DNA of 64,000 nucleotides, from assembly GCA_944391075.1 (NCBI GenBank), contig CALXSG010000002.1:27869-91868 (forward strand), in the 5' to 3' direction. Position 1 is the first letter of the stretch. The number at the start of each line of letters is the position of its first letter. The notes beneath the pieces were generated by a model, which did no database searches, was not told the DNA's origin, and saw only the letters and a program-made list of their open reading frames with translations. This DNA comes from an uncultured Rickettsiales bacterium. GTDB taxonomy: Bacteria > Pseudomonadota > Alphaproteobacteria > Rickettsiales > UBA1997. This document shows positions 10,701 through 20,093 of the stretch, in pieces. The position numbers and the translations under genes are program-made.

Positions 10701-11311
10701 ATAAATGTTCTAGAAATTTCAAATGTAAAATTAGGAATTCTATTTCCAAATTCAGCAAGTGGCAAATTTTCAAAAACTATATAACATAAGCCACGATAAG
10801 CTGGCGTTGTATCAATGCCTTCAACACTTTGAATTAAACTGTCAGGTTCTTGTGTTTCCGTGCCTTTATAAAATCTATATGTATATTTTGATATATCAAT
10901 CAAATCTGTATCAGCCCATACTTTCTTTAATTCTGTTACCTCACCTTTACAAATACCAATAGCAACATTTGCATAATAATAATATTCTATATTGTTTTGA
11001 TAAACCTTCTTACCACCCTTCCCTGCTTTATAAGACGTAACATAAGATTTTTGTACTTCTTTTATATCAGTTGCCCATATAATATTTCCAGCAATTCTAT
11101 TTGTGCCATACAAAGTTGGTATTACTTCATTATAGCCCGACTTTTGCACAGTTAAATCACTCAGTCTTGAACTAACTTTATCTTTTTTCCATGTTGTATC
11201 ATCTTCATTATCAAATAAACTATATAAAGGATGATTTTTAAAAGTATTTATTATTGAATTTTTTTTATTATTTATTTCACCTACAACCGTCGAAATGAAA
11301 AAATTTGCCAT
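7706..11311 (-). CDS. GTA ORFg15-type phage tail / host-specificity protein with TIM-barrel-like glycoside hydrolase domain
   Basis: N-terminal 'LSDLTVQKSGYNEVIPTLYGTNRIAGNIIWATDIKE' matches the conserved start of RcGTA g15 homologues. Central hydrolase-like region ('FVGIDAYFPLTD', 'IWFTEYGFASVDG'). 1201 aa with no interruption. Confidence 0.8.
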   Translation of the reverse strand: MANFFISTVVGEINNKKNSIINTFKNHPLYSLFDNEDDTTWKKDKVSSRLSDLTVQKSGYNEVIPTLYGTNRIAGNIIWATDIKEVQKSYVTSYKAGKGGKKVYQNNIEYYYYANVAIGICKGEVTELKKVWADTDLIDISKYTYRFYKGTETQEPDSLIQSVEGIDTTPAYRGLCYIVFENLPLAEFGNRIPNFTFEISRTFIEEEEVENVIEGVNIIPGCGEFVYDTEVVGKVDGFIWYERWHPSDSITRINQNNNNGVADVIVATQQLKEKLPNCKWVAPVVVWFGDSLNIANCKVEPRVEFKLDPIYPTQETKPEPWKVAGIERKNANLISSDNGKIRYGGTVSDNSIVRYLKYLKDEGFSIMFYPMIFMDLENKPWRGYLTGSASDVENFFNKTNGYNAFILHYANLVKDYCDAFIIGSEMRDLTKLYIESIENDITKRVYPAVECLKNLADSVRNIVGENVKIGYAADWSEYHHTDGGWYNMDTLWASDNIDFVGIDAYFPLTDKKEELITKDDIKNGWTSGEGYDWLYTDENRTTKEEVEAKYAWKNIDWWWKNYHVNPNGEQTAWVPQSKKIWFTEYGFASVDGTTNEPNKFYDPESIDGGFPRFSEGKIDYFAQRKAIQATQEVWANSHMVERKFLWCWDARPYPYFPSQLNIWSDGSVWHYGHWLNGKMGNLMFSNMINNLFDDAEIDKKYLGGIDIYDSIDGLALNSKTTVNEVLSILQKVFFFDYYEKDGKLYIFSKRNESVLKIFEDELIEIEDGKYFEADIIGEDELPYKLDISYINKDLDYQISNSYAERVSVNSEKKDEVSLPVVITAYKAKQIADKLLYSNWLEKNIYHFKLPPKYLYLTAGDVITLNVNNTDLILRIANILVNDDNTIEVKAVRCDNSLYSFKKEEENFDNITLITPTSKTIVEVFELPAIKNLDTPEVFFATNGEENGWGGCAVYYAKTGSSNFTVINENRFNSTVGFCLNKLNDARSYYFDYKNSLYVAFNKNIDTSILESAEMFDFLDGANMALIGNEIIQFKKIELQSDGSFKISQLLRGQFGTEEYISTHEDNEKIIILNENIISNTFTNADVNISYDFKIITFKDIFENSTDKTLKIEGKNLKELKPVHIKITKNNDGYKISWVCRRRGIYNWVDGEETIYNRNYTLNILNRYGVVRSVEIQDETEWLYTNEMILEDNIDNWAVEII

Positions 11312-11506
11312 ATCATTTTTATTATTTTTATTAAAACAGAATATTTAAAGCAAAAACTCATGGAAGTATAAAGAAATATTATTAATCCACATAAAAAATA
11401 AACATTGCCTTTTTAAAAATATATTTTACTATGATAAATAGAGTATTTTACTCACGGAATTCTTTATTATTAGATTTTTGAAAAAATTTAATAATAATTT
11501 TGCCTT

Positions 11507-13267
11507 ATGGCGTTTATTATTTTAGAGTCGCAAGACTTACAATTTATTTTTAGTATGAATTTAAATTTAGAAAAATTTAAAAAGGAACTTTTGTTCCTAC
11601 CGCTTGGTGGTAGTGGTGAAATAGGACTTAACTGTAATTTATATCATTATAATGGCAAATGGTTAATAGTTGATATGGGAATTGGTTTTACTGATTCTAT
11701 ACCTGGTGTAGATGTTATAGCACCTGATATAAGTTTTATAAAAGAAAATTTAGAAAATTTCTTAGGAATTGTTATAACTCATATTCATGAAGACCATATT
11801 GGTGCAATTCAATATTTATGGGAAGAATTAAAATTGCCAATTTATGCATCAAAATTTGCTTCATTATTTTTAAAAGAAAAACTTAGTGAATATCAATTTT
11901 CAGAAGAAGTTAAAATTATAGAAATTGAAGACGGACAAAAATTATCATTAAAACCTTTTGACCTTGAATTTATTAATTTAACTCATTCCACGCCTGAAAT
12001 GAATGCAATTCTTATTAAAACACCAAAAGGAAATATTTTACATACAGGTGATTGGAAATTTGAAGAAAAACCAATTATTGGTAAAACATCAAATAAAAAA
12101 AGATTAAAACAATTGGGAAATAAAGAAAATATTTTAGCAATGATTTCAGAATCAACAAATATTTTTCAACACTCTAATACAAAAAATGAAGTTGATTTAT
12201 TAAAAAATCTAAAAAAGATAGTAAAAAGTAATAAAAAAGGTTTAGTTGTTTGTGCAATTTTTGCTTCAAATATTTCAAGAATAATTACATTATCACTTGC
12301 TGCAAAAGCTGCTGGACGAAAAATTGGTATAATTGGCCGATCAATTTACAGAATATTGAAGGTTGCTGACGAAATGAATTACCTTCCTAAGGGTTTAGAA
12401 TTTGTTTCAGAAGAAGAATTAGACAAATATGACAAAAAAGAATTATTAATAATTTCAACAGGTTGTCAAGGAGAACCTAATTCAGGACTTGCAAAATTAG
12501 CCAATGACTTATGCAAAAGAATAAAATTAAATTCTGGTGATACAATTATTTTTTCTTCAAGAATTATACCTGGCAATGAAAAAGCTATACACTCTTTATA
12601 TAACAAATTGTCAGAAAGAGATGTTAAAATAATAAATGCAGAAAATGAATTTGTACACTTATCAGGACATTACACACGAGACGAACTTATAGAAATGTAT
12701 AAATTAGTTAAACCTAAAATGGTTATTGCGGTACATGGTGAAGAAATGCATTTAGCAGAACATAAAAGAGTTGCAAAAGAGTGTGGCGTCTCTACTGTTA
12801 TTAAAGGAAAAAATGGTGATTTAATAAAAATAGATTCAAAAGATGTACAAAAAAGCAAAATTATCGATCATATATCTTTAACAAATGTTGCAGTAGACGG
12901 CAAAAGATTATTACCATTATCTAGCCACATTATTAATGAAAGGAAAAAATTAGCTGAATCTGGCATTATTTTATTAATATTAAAAGTTGATAGACTATAT
13001 AAATTATTAGACAAACCATCTATTACAGCAGTTGGAAATTATGATTTAATGCACGAGAAACTAATGAATGAAATGTTAGAAGATGAAATCAAAACTGCTT
13101 ATGACGAAGCTTTAATAAAATTATCTAATCAAGAAAATGCTGACGAATTCAAAGAAGACGAAAAGAAAGAAGCTTTTTTAATTAAGGAAGTAAACAAAAA
13201 AATTACACATATACTAAAACTAGATATGGGTAAAAAACCATTTATGGTTATTAAGATTATTAAATAA
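11507..13267 (+). CDS. rnj: Ribonuclease J
   Basis: Metallo-beta-lactamase motif 'THIHEDHIGA', then beta-CASP and C-terminal domains. The true start is probably Met17 (nt 11555, 'MNLNLEKF'). Confidence 0.85.
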   Translation: MAFIILESQDLQFIFSMNLNLEKFKKELLFLPLGGSGEIGLNCNLYHYNGKWLIVDMGIGFTDSIPGVDVIAPDISFIKENLENFLGIVITHIHEDHIGAIQYLWEELKLPIYASKFASLFLKEKLSEYQFSEEVKIIEIEDGQKLSLKPFDLEFINLTHSTPEMNAILIKTPKGNILHTGDWKFEEKPIIGKTSNKKRLKQLGNKENILAMISESTNIFQHSNTKNEVDLLKNLKKIVKSNKKGLVVCAIFASNISRIITLSLAAKAAGRKIGIIGRSIYRILKVADEMNYLPKGLEFVSEEELDKYDKKELLIISTGCQGEPNSGLAKLANDLCKRIKLNSGDTIIFSSRIIPGNEKAIHSLYNKLSERDVKIINAENEFVHLSGHYTRDELIEMYKLVKPKMVIAVHGEEMHLAEHKRVAKECGVSTVIKGKNGDLIKIDSKDVQKSKIIDHISLTNVAVDGKRLLPLSSHIINERKKLAESGIILLILKVDRLYKLLDKPSITAVGNYDLMHEKLMNEMLEDEIKTAYDEALIKLSNQENADEFKEDEKKEAFLIKEVNKKITHILKLDMGKKPFMVIKIIK

Positions 13268-13282
13268 TACACAACACAAAAA

Positions 13283-13304
13283 TAGACTCCTTATTAGGAG
13301 CCTA
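13283..13304. terminator. Bidirectional hairpin between convergent rnj and the 418-aa gene
   Basis: TAGACTCC-TTATT-AGGAGCCTA stem-loop followed by CTTTTT on the + strand; A-rich on the other side. Confidence 0.6.
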
Positions 13305-13328
13305 CTTTTTATTTAATATTATAAATTA

Positions 13329-14585
13329 TTATTTACTTCTTGTATTATCACTCTGTTTATTAGATAACAAAGAAGGAACGGAAAGAACAAGTTTCTTAGT
13401 TTTATCTATACCTTTCTTAATATTATCCTGATTTTTTATTACAGCTCCACCTATAGCAACAAGACCAGCAACTACCGATAGGGTTATAATATGACCAGAA
13501 GTTATGATATCATCACCGAGAAAATCATTTACACCTTTTACTATAGAAGAATTGTCAAAAACTTCTCTCATGTGTTCAAAACCTTTACTAAAATCATTAG
13601 ATAATTTAAAATTAGGATCATTAAATTTATTTGCTATGGCATTATTACAACTTGATAGATCACGTACAGAAGTAACCTCACTAATCATCTTTTTCAATTC
13701 TTCCCCTGCTTCTTTTGATAATGTACCATTGTCTATTCCTGCTTGAATTTTTTCGATATATAAAGCTTTGAGTTTTATTATATTCTCTGTTACAGAAACA
13801 TTACCAGGTGTAAATCCATTATCCGCATCATTAAAATATCCTTGACCTGTTTTTTCATCTACGAATCCAACCGTCACTTTGTTACTAGAAACAACTTTTT
13901 TATAAACAGTTATATCTGTTTGAGAAGCTGTACCTTTAAAGCCATTAAGATTATTTGATGTTACATTCATATCAGAATCTACAATTAACTCAGATTGCCT
14001 TGTGCTTGATGTAGTGGCTGGATCTAATGTTTGAAATTTTAATATTAATTTACCACTTTCATCAGTTGTACCATTTGCAGTATACTCCTTACCATTTATA
14101 AATACTTTATATTCAATTTGTTTTGTTGTATCTGGATTATCTTCTTTATAATAATAACCTACAAGATTTCCATTACTGTCTTTAATAGCAAAAGCATCTT
14201 TTATAGTTTTACCGTAATATCCCAGATTTTTACCATTTTCAGTTGTACTAGGTATACCTAAAAATTTTTCATATGTATCTGTTTGACTTCCTTTCTCTGG
14301 AAATTTATTTTTATCATCAGGCATAACACTAGTATTATCATAATCCCAATTTCCATTTGAATCTTGTGTAGCAGTTGCAACATCTAGATATGTTCCATCG
14401 CTCTGAAGAATATTATTTCCTTTTGCAGCAAGAAGATCTTCTTTTACCTGATCCATAATACTTTCAAACTCATCACTATAAACTTCTGCTCCGTGCTTAC
14501 CAACCAAGAGAGTAGCAACAGTAGCAACTGCTGCACCACCCGCAACTCTTTTTATAGTTTTGTCATTATCATTATTATTAGCCAT
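13329..14585 (-). CDS. Membrane protein, paralog 1 (N- and C-terminal Gly/Ala-rich TM segments, Thr/Gly/Asn-rich beta-type centre)
   Basis: Starts 'MANNND', then TM 'VAGGAAVATVATLLVG'. C-terminal TM 'ITLSVVAGLVAIGGAVI' and a basic tail. Shares 'DSNGNLVGYYYK', 'FINGKEY' and 'VFDNS..VNDFLGDDI' blocks with the gene at 15016-16173. Confidence 0.7.
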   Translation of the reverse strand: MANNNDNDKTIKRVAGGAAVATVATLLVGKHGAEVYSDEFESIMDQVKEDLLAAKGNNILQSDGTYLDVATATQDSNGNWDYDNTSVMPDDKNKFPEKGSQTDTYEKFLGIPSTTENGKNLGYYGKTIKDAFAIKDSNGNLVGYYYKEDNPDTTKQIEYKVFINGKEYTANGTTDESGKLILKFQTLDPATTSSTRQSELIVDSDMNVTSNNLNGFKGTASQTDITVYKKVVSSNKVTVGFVDEKTGQGYFNDADNGFTPGNVSVTENIIKLKALYIEKIQAGIDNGTLSKEAGEELKKMISEVTSVRDLSSCNNAIANKFNDPNFKLSNDFSKGFEHMREVFDNSSIVKGVNDFLGDDIITSGHIITLSVVAGLVAIGGAVIKNQDNIKKGIDKTKKLVLSVPSLLSNKQSDNTRSK

Positions 14586-14616
14586 ATTTTTAAATGATTA
14601 TTAACTTATAAGATAT

Positions 14617-14644
14617 ATTATAACATTTTTTTTATATTTATCAA
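14617..14644 (-). promoter_or_regulatory. Near-consensus sigma70 promoter of paralog 1
   Basis: On the minus strand: TTGATA (14644-14639), 16 nt spacer, TATAAT (14622-14617). About 25-nt leader to the ATG at 14585. Confidence 0.5.
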
Positions 14645-14959
14645 GAAAAATTTACACTTTATAATATAAAATAAATAAGATAATTTATGATGAGTAGTTA
14701 TTATAGATTATTTTACAAAAATAAAAATATTCATTAATATTAATAATAATCTTTGTCTATTTTTTACAAGTGACTATATAAAAATAAATTTATATTTTTT
14801 TACAATTTTCACTATCTACTATTAAAAATAAAAGATATAAATTTAAATATAAATTATTTAAGAAAATAATATATAAGAAAAATTGTTAAAATAAATTTTA
14901 TATGTAAATTCTAAAATTTTATAAAATTTAATAATTATTTATAAAAATATACCATAAAT

Positions 14960-14988
14960 ATAGCTCATCAAATAAACTGATGAGCTAT
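14960..14988 (-). terminator. Hairpin terminator downstream of paralog 2
   Basis: Perfect 11-bp stem ATAGCTCATCA/TGATGAGCTAT with a 7-nt loop, T/A-rich flanks, 28 nt past the stop of the 15016-16173 gene. Confidence 0.6.
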
Positions 14989-15015
14989 ATTTTTATAATA
15001 TTTTATTTAATATTA

Positions 15016-16173
15016 TTATCTTGTTTTTGAAATACTTCCATATGAAGAATTAAGGCTTGTTGCACCAAAAACTTTCTTTTTATTATTATCACTACTACTA
15101 CTTAATAATTTTGTTGCAAGTGCAGCTGTACCACCAACAGCTAAGGCACCTACTGTACAAATACCAATCATACCAATAGTTGATGGATCAGCAATATTTG
15201 CACCAAGAAATTTATTAATATTATCAAAAACATCTTGAGCACTTGTTGTAACATCATTTACTCCAAGAGATAATTTATTTAAAAGAGTTCCACCACTTTC
15301 TAACTTCTGTTTTACAGCTTCTATATACTTATCAACAGTCTTATATTTTTCTATGTTAACACCTTCAACCATACTTTGATACTCTTTAAGAGCTGCTGCA
15401 TCTATAGCTTTATCACCTAAGACATTATTAGTTGAACCTACTTGTGCTAAAATAGTTTTCTGAAGCTCTGTGAGATTTGCTCTTGATTCTACTATACCGT
15501 TAGTGTTAAGACCATTTGGATCATATAAGAATATATTCTTAGGATATGTCTCAGAAACTTCTTGATAACCAACTACATTTCCTCCTTTCATAATAGCCTG
15601 ATAATTCTTTTCTTCAGTACCAATATTTCCAGAAAATTCTTTTCCATCAATTTTAAAGTCAGCTGTATTTTTACTTGAATTAACAGTACCAAGTACATTG
15701 TCACCACTTTTTAATTTACCATCAGCTCCAACCTCAACATTATCATACCACTTGCCATTGATATATAATTTACCATTAGCTTGACCTTCAGTAGGAGCTT
15801 TATATAAACCTATAAGATTACCTTTCTCATCTGTTATTTCTTTAAATTTTTCGGTATTATTAGTATCTAAAGAATACTGAGCTGTTACTGTGTCACCATT
15901 AGAATTAGTATATGTCCATTTCCACGATGTAGTTCCCCCTTGGGTTGTATAGTCACTAACTGTAGCTATAGGTTCACCATCTGAACCTATTATCTCAGGA
16001 CCTTCAAAGGTATTTGCAGTTGCATTAGCTGCTGCTAATAATGCATTTTTTTGTTCTTCAGTTAACTCTAATGCTTTATCACCTTTAACACAAGCAGTAA
16101 CACCTAAAGCTGCTAATGTTAAACCACCTGCTGTATAACCTATTGCTGTACTTTTTTTATTATTATTTGCCAT
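15016..16173 (-). CDS. Membrane protein, paralog 2 (same architecture as 13329-14585)
   Basis: Starts 'MANNNKK', then TM 'TAGGLTLAALGVTA'. Blocks 'EKGNLIGLYKA', 'YINGKWY' and 'VFDNINKFLGANI'. C-terminal TM 'MIGICTVGALAVGGTAALA' plus a Ser/Lys tail. Confidence 0.7.
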   Translation of the reverse strand: MANNNKKSTAIGYTAGGLTLAALGVTACVKGDKALELTEEQKNALLAAANATANTFEGPEIIGSDGEPIATVSDYTTQGGTTSWKWTYTNSNGDTVTAQYSLDTNNTEKFKEITDEKGNLIGLYKAPTEGQANGKLYINGKWYDNVEVGADGKLKSGDNVLGTVNSSKNTADFKIDGKEFSGNIGTEEKNYQAIMKGGNVVGYQEVSETYPKNIFLYDPNGLNTNGIVESRANLTELQKTILAQVGSTNNVLGDKAIDAAALKEYQSMVEGVNIEKYKTVDKYIEAVKQKLESGGTLLNKLSLGVNDVTTSAQDVFDNINKFLGANIADPSTIGMIGICTVGALAVGGTAALATKLLSSSSDNNKKKVFGATSLNSSYGSISKTR

Positions 16174-16205
16174 ATTTTTTACTTTTATTATTAATATATG
16201 ATACC

Positions 16206-16234
16206 ATTATAACACAATTTTATTTAATTATCAA
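16206..16234 (-). promoter_or_regulatory. Near-consensus (extended -10) sigma70 promoter of paralog 2
   Basis: On the minus strand: TTGATA (16234-16229), 17 nt spacer, TGT-TATAAT (-10 at 16211-16206). About 26-nt leader. Confidence 0.5.
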
Positions 16235-16398
16235 CAAAAAAATACATTTTTAACAAAATATATAATAATTCCTATAAAATATTGAAATTACTATAATAAA
16301 TCATAATAAAATTTTTAATATTTTAAATATTTTTATTATTTATAAATTTTTTTTTATATTTTTTTTATAAAAATTCTTTAAAATTTTAGATATTATAA

Positions 16399-18609
16399 TT
16401 ATATAAATTTTACAAAATCTTGAATAATTGTTTTTACACCACAAGTTTTGAAAGCTATTGTAAGTTTTTTTCCATCAGTTTTTATAACAACACCTTCACC
16501 AAATGTAGGGTGTATAACTCTTTTTGCAACATTTTTCATAGCAAACTCTTCATTTCTTTGTATAATGGGTTCACCATCATCGTCAAAAGAATATGAAAGA
16601 TTTTTAGGTGTATAATAATTATTATATCTACCAACTCTTTGATTTTCATATTCTTCATCTTCATTTTTGTATTCTTCTCTAAATATATCTTTACTAATTA
16701 TATTTAAATTTTCTTCTGGTAATTCTTTAATAAATCTAGATGGTTGAGTTATTCTTAATTCATTATAATCAAATCTAGTCTTTGAATAACTAATAAATAA
16801 TTTCTTTTTAGCTCTTGTAATTGCAACATAAGCTAGTCTTCTTTCTTCTTCTAAACCATTCCTTTCATCAACGGATTTAGGGCTTGGAAAAATACCCTCT
16901 TCCCAACCTGGTAAAAATACTGTATCAAACTCTAAACCCTTTGCCGAATGAATTGTCATTATATTTACAGAGTTATTATTTACAGAATCTGTTTTGTCAG
17001 TAGCTAAGCTAACATATTCTAAAAACTCTGACAAACTTTGAAATTCTGCTAAGCCCCTAATAAATTCATTAATATTTTCAATAGCACTTTTTGATTCATC
17101 TGTATTTTCTGCTATAAGACTATCAATATAACCACTTCCATATAATATATCTCTTGTTAATGTAATATGATCTTTTTCACTTAATTGTTTGCTCCATTCT
17201 CTAATATCATTAATGAATTGTAAAATATTATCAGCGGTTTTGCCTTTAATCACTTCCGTAATACATAAATCTTCACATACATCTAAAATATTAACTTTTT
17301 GTCCTTTAACTTCATTTAATATTTTACCTAACGTAACATTACCAACACCCCTTCGTGGTACATTTATAATTCTTTCAAAAGCTAAAAAATCAGAGTGATT
17401 TTTAACTAATTTAAGATATGCTATACAATCTTTAATTTCTTTTCTATCATAAAATTTAAAACCACCAACAATTTTATAAGGTATAGATTGTGTAATAAAT
17501 ATTTCTTCAAAAATTCTTGTTTGATAACCGGCTCTAACTAAAATAGCTATATCTTTATATCGAATATCTTTAATTAAATCTAAAACTTTACTAGAAATAG
17601 CATATGCTTCTTCTTTATCCCTTTCAAAGCAATCAAGACAAACCTTATCACCAATATTATTAGTATCAGTCCATAAAGTTTTTTTATGTCTATCTCTATT
17701 ATTAGCAATTACAGCCGAAGCTACACTTAATATATTAGATGTAGAACGATAATTTCTTTCTAATCTAATTATTTTTGTATTTTCAAAATCCTTTTCAAAC
17801 TTTAAAATATTTTTAATTTCTGCACCTCTCCAACCATAAATTGATTGATCATCATCACCAACACATGTAATAAAAATATTATTTTTTACTCCTAAACCAG
17901 AAATCATTTTTAGCCAAGTATTTTGAATTGCATTTGTGTCTTGATATTCATCGACTAAAATATAAGCAAACTTATTAATATAATTTTGTAAAACTTCCGG
18001 ATATTGTTTAAAAATTTCAACATTGTATAATAGTAAATCGCCAAAATCACAAACATTTAATTTTTTGCATCTATCTTGATACTCTTTATATATTTCTTTA
18101 ATTTCAGGAAAATAATTAAAATCAATACCAAAATTCAAAACATCGTCAACAGTATAACCTTTGTCTTTCCATTCATTAATTTTATTAGCATAATTTTTTG
18201 CTGGAAATTCTTTAATATCAATATTTAAGTCCAACAATATTTGCTTAATTAATCGTTTTTGATCATCAGGATCCATAATAGTAAAATCACTTGTTAAAGA
18301 AACTAATTCAGCATGTTGTCTTAAAATTCTATTAGCTATTGAATGAAAAGTATTCAACCACATTGATGAAATATCTTTCATAAGAATATTAGAAACTCTT
18401 TCTTGCATTTCTCTTGCGGCTTTATTTGTAAATGTAACAGCAAGAATTTCGGAAGGATAAGCTTGTCCAGTTTCTAATAAATAAGCAATTTTAGATGTTA
18501 ATACTTTTGTTTTTCCAGTACCAGCACCAGCTAATACAAGCAATGGGCCATCATTATAAACAACAGCCTCTTTTTGCTCGGTATTTAATTCATCTAAAAT
18601 ATTTGACAT
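16399..18609 (-). CDS. uvrD: UvrD/PcrA-type SF1 DNA helicase
   Basis: Walker A 'GAGTGKTKVLT', 'LVDEYQDTN', 'TIHSAKGLEFD', 'YVAITRAKKKL', and the C-terminal 'GEGVVI' Tudor-like end. Confidence 0.9.
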   Translation of the reverse strand: MSNILDELNTEQKEAVVYNDGPLLVLAGAGTGKTKVLTSKIAYLLETGQAYPSEILAVTFTNKAAREMQERVSNILMKDISSMWLNTFHSIANRILRQHAELVSLTSDFTIMDPDDQKRLIKQILLDLNIDIKEFPAKNYANKINEWKDKGYTVDDVLNFGIDFNYFPEIKEIYKEYQDRCKKLNVCDFGDLLLYNVEIFKQYPEVLQNYINKFAYILVDEYQDTNAIQNTWLKMISGLGVKNNIFITCVGDDDQSIYGWRGAEIKNILKFEKDFENTKIIRLERNYRSTSNILSVASAVIANNRDRHKKTLWTDTNNIGDKVCLDCFERDKEEAYAISSKVLDLIKDIRYKDIAILVRAGYQTRIFEEIFITQSIPYKIVGGFKFYDRKEIKDCIAYLKLVKNHSDFLAFERIINVPRRGVGNVTLGKILNEVKGQKVNILDVCEDLCITEVIKGKTADNILQFINDIREWSKQLSEKDHITLTRDILYGSGYIDSLIAENTDESKSAIENINEFIRGLAEFQSLSEFLEYVSLATDKTDSVNNNSVNIMTIHSAKGLEFDTVFLPGWEEGIFPSPKSVDERNGLEEERRLAYVAITRAKKKLFISYSKTRFDYNELRITQPSRFIKELPEENLNIISKDIFREEYKNEDEEYENQRVGRYNNYYTPKNLSYSFDDDGEPIIQRNEEFAMKNVAKRVIHPTFGEGVVIKTDGKKLTIAFKTCGVKTIIQDFVKFI

Positions 18610-18751
18610 ATAAAATAAAAAATTTACTTAAAAATGATAAAAAATAAAATACTAAAATCAAGATTTTTATAATATTAAATTTAAATAAATAAACTATTGT
18701 ATTTTTAAAAAAATAGTTTATTAATAATAGCAATTAATAAATCAAAAAAAT

Positions 18752-19987
18752 ATGTTATTATATAATCAAATTTTAAAAAATATAGCTCCTGCAAAAGCAG
18801 AAACAGCAAAAAAAGTTCAAGAAGCTATTGAATGGGTAAAAAGCGAATTACATGGCGATAGCGATATGAAATGTGTTGGTATTGCTTATGAAAAGGATGA
18901 TTTAAAAGAAATCAAAGAATTTGCATCATTTATAAATAGTAACTTTAAACATACTGTTGTTATGGGTATTGGTGGTTCAAGTTTAGGTGCTATGACATTA
19001 TTAAGTGTTGCAAATAAAGATAATGTTACAGTTTTAGAAAGTATTGATAGTAATACAGTAAAAAAATTATTTGAAAGTTTAGATTTAGCTAATACAGCTT
19101 TCTTAACAGTTAGCAAATCCGGAAAAACAATTGAATGTATTTCTCAAACATTAATTGTTATGAAAATGGTTGAAGATAAATTAGGAAAAGAAGCTATTGG
19201 AAAACATTTCTTCTTCTTAACAGAAAACAAAGAAAGCCCAATTACTAATTTAGCAAAAGAATTTAATATTAAAACATTTGAACATCACAAAACAGTTGGT
19301 GGTAGATATTCTTATTTATCAAATACAGGTTTAATTCCAGCAGCAATTGGTGGACTTGATATTGAAGCTATTAGACAAGGTGCTATTGACACAATAGAAT
19401 ATACATTAAACAATAAAGATAATGATATTGCAAAAATTTGTGGTTCAATAGTTGATTTAACAGAAGGTGGTATTGTTGCAAATGTTGTTATGCCTTATAT
19501 TGATAGATTTGTAAATTTAACAAAATGGTATAGACAATTATGGGCTGAATCATTAGGAAAAGATGGTAAAGGTACAATTCCAGTAGATGCAATTGGTACT
19601 TCTGATCAACATAGCCAATTACAATTATATATGGATGGTCCTAGAAATAAATTCTATACATTCATTTATAAAGATAAAGATCCAGAATCTTTAAAAATTA
19701 CAAAAGTTTATAATGAAGGTTTTGAATACTTAAAAGGTTTAAGTCTTGATGATATTATGAATGTAGAATTTGAATCAACTGTTGAAGTTTTAGCAAAAAG
19801 ATCTTTACCAGTTAGAGTATTTAAATTTAAAGAAATTAATGAAAAATCATTATCTCAAATATTAATGCAATTCATGCTTGAAACAATTATTTGTGGAAGA
19901 GCTATGGGCATTAATTGCTTTGGTCAACACGCTGTTGAAGAAAGAAAAATTCTTGCTAGAGAAATGATGAAAGAATTAAAAAAATAA
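18752..19987 (+). CDS. pgi: Glucose-6-phosphate isomerase (short form)
   Basis: SIS-domain motifs 'GIGGSSLG', 'VSKSGKTIE' and 'VGGRYSYLS'. Confidence 0.85.
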   Translation: MLLYNQILKNIAPAKAETAKKVQEAIEWVKSELHGDSDMKCVGIAYEKDDLKEIKEFASFINSNFKHTVVMGIGGSSLGAMTLLSVANKDNVTVLESIDSNTVKKLFESLDLANTAFLTVSKSGKTIECISQTLIVMKMVEDKLGKEAIGKHFFFLTENKESPITNLAKEFNIKTFEHHKTVGGRYSYLSNTGLIPAAIGGLDIEAIRQGAIDTIEYTLNNKDNDIAKICGSIVDLTEGGIVANVVMPYIDRFVNLTKWYRQLWAESLGKDGKGTIPVDAIGTSDQHSQLQLYMDGPRNKFYTFIYKDKDPESLKITKVYNEGFEYLKGLSLDDIMNVEFESTVEVLAKRSLPVRVFKFKEINEKSLSQILMQFMLETIICGRAMGINCFGQHAVEERKILAREMMKELKK

Positions 19988-20010
19988 TTAATTCAAATAT
20001 AAAACAAAGA

Positions 20011-20038
20011 ACGGCCTAAAAAATTAGGTCGTTTTTTA
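20011..20038 (+). terminator. Rho-independent terminator of pgi
   Basis: ACGGCCTAA-AAAA-TTAGGTCGT stem (one G-U pair) followed by TTTTTA. Confidence 0.7.
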
Positions 20039-20058
20039 TTTTATAAATACTTTTATTC

Positions 20059-20087
20059 TTGAATTTTATAATAAAATATTTTAAAAT
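20059..20087 (+). promoter_or_regulatory. Putative promoter directly upstream of the structured GC-rich element
   Basis: TTGAAT (20059-20064), 17 nt spacer, TAAAAT (20082-20087). The predicted start near 20094 coincides with the 5' arm of the terminal stem. Confidence 0.3.
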
Positions 20088-20093
20088 TAAATT

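Noticed and set aside
8103-10962. Several 67-123-aa ORFs inside or antisense to the GTA g15-like gene (8103, 8559, 9398, 9457, 10502, 10759). Similar short ORFs lie inside uvrD, pgi, aroA, aroC, lepA, hsdM and the giant ORF (54242, 55351, 56266, 57403, 57621, 58597).
   Set aside because: All are nested within long ORFs that have clear homology or much greater length. They have low-complexity composition, no RBS and no motifs.
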